A stretch of 64,000 nucleotides of DNA. It comes from Vulcanimicrobiota bacterium. Its GTDB lineage: Bacteria > Vulcanimicrobiota > Vulcanimicrobiia > Vulcanimicrobiales > Vulcanimicrobiaceae. Positions within the stretch are counted from its first letter, which is position 1; each line of letters begins with the position of its first letter. The notes below the pieces were generated by a model. The model was not told where the DNA came from. It made no database searches and saw only the letters and a list, made by a program, of their open reading frames with translations. Positions 1-8,461 of this stretch are shown piece after piece. The translations under genes were made by a program, and so were the position numbers. The stretch lies in contig CAWAXX010000014.1 of NCBI GenBank assembly GCA_963786105.1, forward strand, positions 1 through 64,000, given 5' to 3'.

Positions 1-452
1 CGTGAAAATCATTAAAGAGAACAGATGTAGATTCATGTTCAACACGACTGGGCAATCATGACGCATCAAAAGAGTAGGCACATTAGGCGTTGATCAAATC
101 ATGTTTTCAATCGATAGCATAGATAGCGACTTATACAAAACGATGGCACAACAACTTTACCCTTAAGAGATTGATGAATAATCTACAAGGGTTGGAACGA
201 GGCGAAGTCTGAAGCCGGCTCCGAACTACCGTTATTGGGCTGGTACTTCGTTGCAAGTCGGTCGAATATCGGAGGGTTCCCGCCGTCATCGAGCGGGCCG
301 CCGAACTCAACTTTGCGTTAATGTATATTCTGGTCTGAACGCGCCAACGCGCGAGCAGTGGAGGTCCTATTTCGATTACTATAGGGAAGAGAACTTAATG
401 AAAACGGAAGAGGACCGCTCTGTCTTTCGCGCAGCACGCTGCAAAGATCTAA
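1..452 (+). repeat. Noisy inverted copy (fold-back) of part of the radical SAM gene; probable assembly artefact
   Basis: 1-431 is the reverse complement of ~534-973 (cgtgaaaatcatt at 1 vs aatgattttcacg at 961-973) with many indels; ORF 251-466 repeats LNAPTREQWRSYFDYYREENLMKTEEDRSVFR of ORF 463-1560. Confidence 0.9.
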
Positions 453-462
453 GGAGCTTTTC

Positions 463-1560
463 TTAGTCAACCGCAACGGAATACAACCTGATGTTTCGTT
501 CGTCCGTTAGTTTGCGAGCTTGCAGCAGTGCATCGCGAAAGACAGAGCGGTCCTCTTCCGTTTTCATTAAGTTCTCTTCCCTATAGTAATCGAAATAGGA
601 CCTCCACTGCTCGCGCGTTGGCGCGTTCAGACGAGATATATACATTAACGCAAACTTGAGTTCGGCGGCCCGCTCAATGACGGCGGGAAGTTCTCCGATA
701 TTCGACCGACTTGCAACGAAGTACCAGCCCAATAACGGTAGTTCGGAGCCGGCTTCAGACTTCGCCTCGTTCAACCCTTGTAGATTATTCATCAATCTTT
801 CAAGGGTACCGTTCTTGTGCATCGTTTTGTATAAGTCGCTATCTATGCTATCGATTGAAAACATGATTTGATCAACGCCTAAATCGACCAGCGCCTTACT
901 CTTTTGATGCGTCAGTAGTTGCCCAGTCGTGTTGAACATGAATCTACATCTGTTCTCTTTAATGATTTTCACGAAAGTCATAAAGTTCTTGTTGAGTATC
1001 GACTCGCCGTTTTCATGACCGACAACCAGCATGGCGGTACGCAGGAGCGGAACGATTTGTTCAAACGTTTCCATTGACATGTGGCCCAGCTGATACTGCA
1101 TATTGCTGTGATAGACAAAGCATTTGGTACAACGCATATGGCACTCGGAACTCAAATCTAGGACTATAGCGACGGGCTTACTACCCAGCGTTTGTTTGCC
1201 TTTCTCGTATTCCCCAAGCGCGTGATAATAATTATCAATCTTATCAATCTCAAAGACTTCGAGACCGTCGCCGAGCGGCGTTAAGTGATCTATTATTCGC
1301 GTTCTGTCGTTGTGGCACGCGGTGCAGGCGACACCCAGATTCTCCTCGCTACGGACCTGTGATCGAACCTCAGCGAACGATGGGCCGTTCCAGAAGGCTT
1401 CCAGATCGACACCCTCGATGGGGCCAAGATTTTGAGGCCCTCGAATACAGGGCCTCGTGAGTTTGCCATCCCATTGGACGTAAAGAGTGCTCCAGGGTTG
1501 GCTGCAAAAGGGCTGTGTGCGTTCAGCTTCCACGTTCGCCTCCAGATCTAATAGGGCCAA
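463..1560 (-). CDS. Radical SAM protein with N-terminal SPASM/twitch Fe-S domain
   Basis: CxxxCxxC (CHMRCTKC), GES and FSIDS core motifs; N-terminal CSQPW...DG...PC...W.G..F..VR...CTAC SPASM-like pattern; low GC. Confidence 0.85.
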   Translation of the reverse strand: MALLDLEANVEAERTQPFCSQPWSTLYVQWDGKLTRPCIRGPQNLGPIEGVDLEAFWNGPSFAEVRSQVRSEENLGVACTACHNDRTRIIDHLTPLGDGLEVFEIDKIDNYYHALGEYEKGKQTLGSKPVAIVLDLSSECHMRCTKCFVYHSNMQYQLGHMSMETFEQIVPLLRTAMLVVGHENGESILNKNFMTFVKIIKENRCRFMFNTTGQLLTHQKSKALVDLGVDQIMFSIDSIDSDLYKTMHKNGTLERLMNNLQGLNEAKSEAGSELPLLGWYFVASRSNIGELPAVIERAAELKFALMYISRLNAPTREQWRSYFDYYREENLMKTEEDRSVFRDALLQARKLTDERNIRLYSVAVD

Positions 1561-2121
1561 TCAACGCGATCCAACATGTTCGGGGGTGTAACGCAAACTT
1601 CCGGTCTAGCGGATCGGGCGCGCAGCAAGAGACCGGCCAAGAGCTCGTGTCCTTGAAGTCGCGTGCCCGAGGGAATCGCTCTTATCCCCTCGAGAATTCC
1701 GACGAGGATTTTGCGGCGGGGCAATGGCTTGCGATTCGGCGCACCGGCAAGGCTCGCGTGACGCAGCTGAGTACCTGGTCGATTGGCAGAGCGGCGCGCT
1801 AACTACACGGAGGCTCGAAAACCAAAAGCGCCGCGTAGGCGATCGCTTTCCAGACTTGGAATCACGCTCCCGTCGGCCCCAGGTCCGGCAGCTATAACTG
1901 GCGTTGAGCGACGTCACGGATTCGGAGTTCATCGGGAGCTGGAACCCGGACTCGCTCAACGACGCAGTGTCGCGCTTTGTACGTTGCGCGAAGAATACGA
2001 GGCGACAGAGAAGGTTCCAATGCTCGGCGGACTTCGTAGTCGCGCCACTAACCGGATGAGGCGGGTTTTTTTGTTCCCTGAAGAACCGAGGCTCCAAGGC
2101 GCGATGCGCCTGGAGGGTGTT

Positions 2122-3481
2122 GTGCGCAGCTTCGTCACCGTGGTCCTGTTGATTGTGTTGTCCGCTTGCTCCGCTTCAGCCGGGCGCGGATCCGTGGTAA
2201 ACGGCTTCCTTCCAGCGTATCGAGTTCAGCCGGATTCGTCGCCCATCAAGCACATCGTCATAATCGTTCAAGAGAATCGAAGTTTCGAGAACATCTTTGC
2301 CGGCTTCCCGCACGCCTACGCACCCACTTATGGCTACAATCACAAGGGCGTCAAAGTTCCGCTGCATGAAATGTACTTTAAGACCGGCGTCGGGGTTGAC
2401 ATCGGTCACGACTACCATCAAGCGCTAACTGAGTGGAACAACGGCAAAATGAATGGGTTCGATGAGGACCAGTTCAACAACGGCAAGCCTGCCGGAACAT
2501 ATCCGTACGCGTTCATTAGTCGAAAGCAGGTTCAACCGTACTGGGACATGGCGAGTCAGTACACGCTCGCCGATCACATGTTCCCGACCGTTTGGGGACC
2601 GAGCTTCACCGCACATCTGGACCTAATTGCCGGAACGACCGTGTATTACAATTTCGCAAGGCACGATCAAGAGCGAGATCGATACGCCGTACAACCAAAA
2701 GATTCCCAACTGGACGTGCGCTGCAAAGCCGCAGCCTCCGACGTACATCCTGACGCATAATAATGGCGGTACCACGTGGAGCGGCGGCGGCCCACATCCG
2801 TGTTTTACGCAGTTCAAAACGATGGCGGATACGCTCGATGCCAAGGGAGTGTCGTGGAAATATTACGCGCCTTCGATCGGAAGCGGGAGCGGTCAGCTGT
2901 GGTCAACCTTTGGGGCGATCGATAAGGTCTACAATGGTCCGGACTGGAAGAAGGTGGTGTCTCCGGAGGCCACAGTGCTGACCGACATAACGAGCGGCAA
3001 TCTCCCGGCTGTCTCGTGGGTCATCCCAGACAACGCGAACTCAGATCACGATGGAAGCGGCTCTGATACGGGGCCGTCATGGGTGGCGGCGGTCGTGAAT
3101 ACGATCGGCCAGAGCAAGTATTGGGACAGCACCGCCATCGTAGTGTTGTGGGACGATTGGGGCGGCTACTACGACAATGTGCCGCCTCCGCAGAAAGACT
3201 TCATGGGCTTGGGTATCCGCGTGGGGTGCATCGTCATTTCGCCGTATGCTAAGCCGCGAACTGTAGTTCACACGGAATACGAGTTCGGCAGCATCCTAAA
3301 GTACATCGAGGGCACCTTTGGCTTGCCGTCCCTCGGCTATACAGATTCGCGAGCGACCAGCCTGTACTACGCCTTCGACTACCACCAGCGGAGGATAGCG
3401 TTCAAGGTAATTCCGGCCAAGTACCCTCCGTCATATTTCAAGGGCCAGCGCCCTTCAGGTCTACCGCCGGACGACGAGTAG
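2122..3481 (+). CDS. Phosphoesterase (AcpA/phospholipase C family) lipoprotein, paralog 1; frameshift near 2650
   Basis: GGAGG then GTG 2122; lipobox LSAC; QENRSF, GPSFTAH in ORF 1783-2760; SDH, WDDWGGYYD and C-terminal PPDDE in ORF 2627-3481. Confidence 0.88.
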
Positions 3482-3487
3482 GGAGAG

Positions 3488-3519
3488 CGACGACCGCGGG
3501 GATGTGTAACCCGTCGTCG
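3488..3519 (+). terminator. Possible stem-loop after paralog 1
   Basis: cgacgac...gtcgtcg inverted repeat immediately after the stop; no U-tract. Confidence 0.3.
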
Positions 3520-3945
3520 ACCGGACCACTCATCAAAGAGTACCGACGCGCGTCTCGCGTAGATCGAACGAGGTTTGGGCATTCGGTCGGCGCCGCCGGG
3601 TAAAATAAGGTGCCGTGAAACCACGCAATTCAGGCCTGCGTCTATTGCCGCGGTCCGTTGCCGCTGCGATAACCATTTGACCTGATTCGCCGCGACAACG
3701 TTCGAGGGTTTATCCGGCAGCCAGAAGCTGCCCGCGGAGCCGCGGGCAGCGCAACATTCTTTTGTTATCAGCGTGCTTGTATGCTGGCCACCGTTAGGAC
3801 GATGCAGCGGCCGCCTCCAAATGGGATCCGCAGCTGCATCGCAACGGATGGGTGGGCACCGAGCCTTCACCTTCGATAAAGTGGAGACTGGAGGGGATAA
3901 CCGCTCTCCTCCAAAACTCAACAGGTTGTTAGAGGAGGTACTGAA

Positions 3946-5304
3946 ATGTACCCCAAGCTGGCTGGAACAGCGCTTTGCTGTCTTCTAATCATCGCGTTCG
4001 GAGGATGCTCCTCGCCTGGTTCCGCGACAGGTCCGGTCACCGACAGAGCACAGCGCGCAAGGATCTTCGATAATATTCATGTCGCGTCCAGTAGCAAGAT
4101 CCAGCACGTTGTCATCATCGTCCAAGAGAATCGCAGCTTCGACAACATCTTCGCCGGGTTTCCCGGGGCTGATGCACCAACATATGGGTACGAGCACGAT
4201 GGAACCCAGGTGCCCCTCGGCGCCGTAAGCTTCAAGGGCCCGGATCTAGAACACAGCTACAAAGCGGCAATCGTCGATTGGGCCGGTGGACAAATGAATG
4301 GGTTCGACCTGAGCAGCCCAAGCTCACCAACCTACCCCTATTCCTTCGTGACTCGCTCCGACGTTAACCCGTATTGGTCCATGGCGAAGCAGTACGTTCT
4401 TGCCGATCGTATGTTTCCGACAGAATTCGGAGGAAGCTTTGCCGCCCACTTAAATCTCATCGCTGGCACGGATAAGCTGAGCTCGACACTCGCTGAAGCC
4501 GACAACCCTAACAATACGCCTTGGGGCTGCGACGCCCCCAGCGGCACCACCACCACGACGGTTGACTCGAGTCGAAAAGTACACAATGATGGGCCGTTCC
4601 CATGCTTTACGCAGTTTCAAACGATGGCAGACACGCTCGACGCGGCCGGTGTCACCTGGAAATACTACGCCCCGCAAACCATCGACTGCCCGAAACGATG
4701 CGACGGCGGCGGGCTAATTTGGTCGGAGTTCGACGCAATCAGCAACGTGCGAAATGGTCCGGATTGGGAGCGCAACGTCATCTATCCGCAAACGACGGTG
4801 CTTGACGACGCTCAGAATGGCACCTTGGCGTCAGTTTCGTGGGTAATGCCAGACTGGAAAGACTCAGACCATACGGGAACAAACAGCGACACCGGACCAT
4901 CATGGGTGGCGGCGGTCGTCAATGCCGTTGGCAAATCTCAATACTGGAATTCGACTGCAATCATAGTGCTTTGGGACGACTGGGGCGGCTGGTACGATGA
5001 TTCATCGCCGCCTCAGCTGGACTTTTTAGGATTGGCGATCCGGGTGCCGTGCATCATTATCTCGCCGTACGCCAAAGCACACTATGTTTCTCACACACAG
5101 TACGAGTTTGGAAGCGTTCTGAAGTTCACGGAAGAAAGCTTCAATCTTGCGTCGCTCGGTTATACCGATGAGCGTGCAGTTAGCATCGCTGACAGCTTTA
5201 ATTTTAAGCAGAGGCCGCGCGCCTTCGTGCCCATTAAGTCGAAGTATCCTCCGCCACAATTCTTGCACGAACGCCCGTCGCTCAGGGCGCCCGATAACGA
5301 ATAA
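3946..5304 (+). CDS. Phosphoesterase lipoprotein, paralog 2
   Basis: GAGGAGG RBS; signal peptide with [30 protein letters not shown]; ends APDNE. Confidence 0.92.
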   Translation: MYPKLAGTALCCLLIIAFGGCSSPGSATGPVTDRAQRARIFDNIHVASSSKIQHVVIIVQENRSFDNIFAGFPGADAPTYGYEHDGTQVPLGAVSFKGPDLEHSYKAAIVDWAGGQMNGFDLSSPSSPTYPYSFVTRSDVNPYWSMAKQYVLADRMFPTEFGGSFAAHLNLIAGTDKLSSTLAEADNPNNTPWGCDAPSGTTTTTVDSSRKVHNDGPFPCFTQFQTMADTLDAAGVTWKYYAPQTIDCPKRCDGGGLIWSEFDAISNVRNGPDWERNVIYPQTTVLDDAQNGTLASVSWVMPDWKDSDHTGTNSDTGPSWVAAVVNAVGKSQYWNSTAIIVLWDDWGGWYDDSSPPQLDFLGLAIRVPCIIISPYAKAHYVSHTQYEFGSVLKFTEESFNLASLGYTDERAVSIADSFNFKQRPRAFVPIKSKYPPPQFLHERPSLRAPDNE

Positions 5305-5372
5305 AGGCTTGCCGGAAACGGCCCGCGCGGGGCGGTAATCCCCACCGTCGGGAGCTAGCCCATCCGCGGGAC

Positions 5373-6742
5373 TCACTCAGTATCGGGGGGGCGCGGGTCG
5401 AACGGTTCGTTCAAGAAATAGGCCTGTTTAAGGTAAGTGGGTATCGGCGAAAATGGACGCGGGTGCGAAAAATCGAAACAATCCTTGAGGCCGTTCGCGC
5501 GCGAGTCGCTGCTCGCCAGCGGGCAAGCCCAAACCGATTTTCGATGAACTTTAGAATGCTGCCGAATTCATATTGCACGTGAGAAACGTAGCTCTTCTTA
5601 GCGAAGGGCGAGATGACGATTAAGGGCACGCGCACGCCAAGCCCGTCGTAATCGGCGAACGGAGGTGGCACGTGGTCATACCATCCCCCGAAGTCGTCCC
5701 ACGTCACAAAGATCGCCGTAGAGTCCCAGTATTTAGATTGACCAATCGCATTGACGAGCGATGCGACCCAGTGTGGTCCGTGGACAGAGCCGCACCTCCC
5801 GGCATGATCGGAGTTCAGGCACGTTGGGGTAACCCAACTCACTGACGGCAAGGCTCCATTCTTAACATCGTCGAAAAATTTCGTTTGGGGACCTATAATA
5901 TGCGTCTTCCAATCGGGACCGAAACGGATGTGTTGAACCGCCTGATAGGCGTCCCATCCATTGCCGCTCCCCGTCAGAGTTGCCGTGTAGTATTTCCACG
6001 AAACGCTAGCCGCGTCCATTTCGTCGCCCAGCGTTGTGTAATTGAAACATGCCCGTATGTATTTTCCCGAAAGTTGTCGTTTCTGCGTGAACGTCTCAAT
6101 TGTATCGTACTTATTTCCATCGCAACCCCAAACGTTCTTTGGAAAATCTACGGTAGAGTCTGCTTGAGCCGCGATCAGGTATTGATGCGCAACAAAACTG
6201 CTAGCGTCTATGTTCGACGCAAACATTTTATCGGCCAGAACATACTGTTTTGCCATTGCGAAGTACGGCTGTGTGTCGCTCTTTTGTACGTAGCTATACA
6301 CTGGGTACTGATTTGGACACGGTGGCGCTCCGCTCTTCCCGCAGCCGTACCACACCTTGTCGAAGCCATCCATTTTGCAATTCGAACCCGGAAGGCTACC
6401 CTGTCCGTCGCAGGCCTGCAAAAACCCGTTCCAGCCGTGGCCGACATCCCATCGGCCCCCGAGCCCAATGGGTTGAAGCGTTACCTTCTTGCCCGTCGAC
6501 GTGTAGCCGTACGATTGAGTATCGGCGCCGGGAAAACCCTGGAAGAGAGTGTCGAAGCTACGATTCTCTTGAACGATGACGACGATATGCTTGATTTTGT
6601 AGAAAGGACTGGAAGATTGGCCAGCGGATATTATTTCTGGAGGCATGCCGGCCATCCGGCCAAGCGAAGCGGGCTGCGCGCATGCCGAAACGGTCAAGGC
6701 GAGCAGAGCCATAAGGGACACCCGCCGACAGTTCTCTTGCAT
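5373..6742 (-). CDS. Phosphoesterase lipoprotein, paralog 3; indel(s) near the C-terminus
   Basis: Lipobox [32 protein letters not shown]; an alternate frame gives ...[29 protein letters not shown] ending at 5373. Confidence 0.88.
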
Positions 6743-7071
6743 GAAAACCCCCAAAATCGCTGGCCCACCGACGCTTCTACGGTGCCGCGTGGCTTCCCCT
6801 TCTGCCGCCGACGACGTAACCACTCACGATCGCTTATGAAAAGAGTTTGTAGAGCGAGAGTTCTATGTCGTTCGGTTCCTGACCAACATGTGTAGGGGAG
6901 CAGCGTGCGCAGTACATTTGCTCCATCGCTCTCTTAATAGCCTTACGCTGAAGCAATTCGCCGCCAAGCCGAACAAGTATCTGACGCGTGATCAGTCTCG
7001 GAGCTGGGCTGAAGGAACCATCATTAATGTCGGACCATTAACGATTCATGGGGAGTCCAGGATCGGGGGAT

Positions 7072-8434
7072 ATGCGCGCAACGACTCGAGCGGGCCTTCT
7101 CTTTCTTGTCGGGGTTTGCGGGTTCTGTAGTTGCTCCACGAACGCGCACTGGAACGCGCCGGGTGCTCCACCCGCCGAGTCGCCGGCGTTCCACGGCGCG
7201 CGCGGCACTTCCGAATCCGTCATCAAGCACGTCGTCATTATCGTGCAGGAAAACCGCACCGTCGACAATCTCTTCCAATTTCTTCGGGGTGCAAACACGC
7301 AATCGTACGGCTTGAACTCGCAGGGTCAGAAGGTTACGTTACAGCCGCAGCCGCTGAGCGTACCCTGGGATATCTCGCACGTGCACAACTACTGGCTTCT
7401 CGATTACGCCAACGGCGCGATGAACGGGTTCGACTTGGAAAAGTGCAGCATTGGTCAGTGCCCGGCCGACGCCTCTTACTCGTACGTGCCCGAAAGCGAC
7501 GTTGCACCGTACTACGCGCTTGCAGAAACTTACACGTTCGCCGACGAGTTGTTCGAGACCGATCAGGGGCCGAGCTTCGCCTCTCATCAATATCTCGTCA
7601 GTGGAACCTCGACTGTGAGCGACGGATCGCCTGAACAAGGCTTCCGGCAATCCGAGTTCGCCGTCTCATAAGCCGACGGGCGGGTGTGATTCTCCCGTGG
7701 GATCGCTGGTCAACGTGATCAACCCGCAAGGCTTCGAACCGAAGTCGTTGCAGTCATATCCATGTTTGAAGCGGCAGTCGCTCATGAACGAGATGGACAC
7801 CGCCGGCGTTACGTGGAGGTACTACCAAGACTCGCGGGGCCCCGGGCTGTGGCACGGCGTCGACGCGATCTACTCCATCTGGTCGAACCCCGCCGAGATG
7901 TCTGCAAACGTCGTCACGCCGCCTTCGCAAGTGCTCACGGACGTCGCCAACGGAAATCTCGCCGACGTCGTCTGGGTGATGCCGACCGGGAAGGCTTCCG
8001 ACCATGCTGGGGGCACCGATGGCTCCGGGCCATCGTGGGTTGGCTCGGTGGTCAATGCGATCGGAGGGAGCCGGTACTGGGGCAACACGGCGATTTTCAT
8101 AACGTGGGACGACTGGGGCGGGTGGTACGACCACGTTGCGCCGCCCATCTACAACTCGTTCGAGCTGGGTTTTCGCGTGCCGCTGATCGTCGTCTCGCCG
8201 TATACCAAGGCTGCCCACGTCTCACACGTGCCGCACGAGTTCGGCAGCATTTTGAAGTTTACCGAGGAGAGGTTCGGCTTACCCTCGCTGCGGACAACCG
8301 ATCAGCGCGCAGACGATCTCTCCGACTGTTTTGACTTCGCGCAGAGGCCTCTGCGCTTCCACCGGGTACGTACGAAGTACCCGGCGCGGTACTTTTTCAC
8401 CGCGCCATCTACCGTTCCCGTCGACGACGACTGA
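7072..8434 (+). CDS. Phosphoesterase lipoprotein, paralog 4; frameshift near 7635
   Basis: QENRTVD and GPSFASH in ORF 7048-7671; [14 protein letters not shown] and PVDDD in ORF 7697-8434. Confidence 0.88.
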
Positions 8435-8461
8435 GTAACCCGCGACCCCTTACGGACGGAT

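Noticed and set aside
251..466. 71-aa ORF resembling the radical SAM C-terminus (possible precursor peptide or second copy)
   Set aside because: It is a by-product of the noisy inverted duplication.
1590..1612. ACGCAAACTTCCGGTCTA resembling part of the c-di-GMP-I riboswitch
   Set aside because: The upstream GAAA-capped stem and the matching 3' strand are absent.
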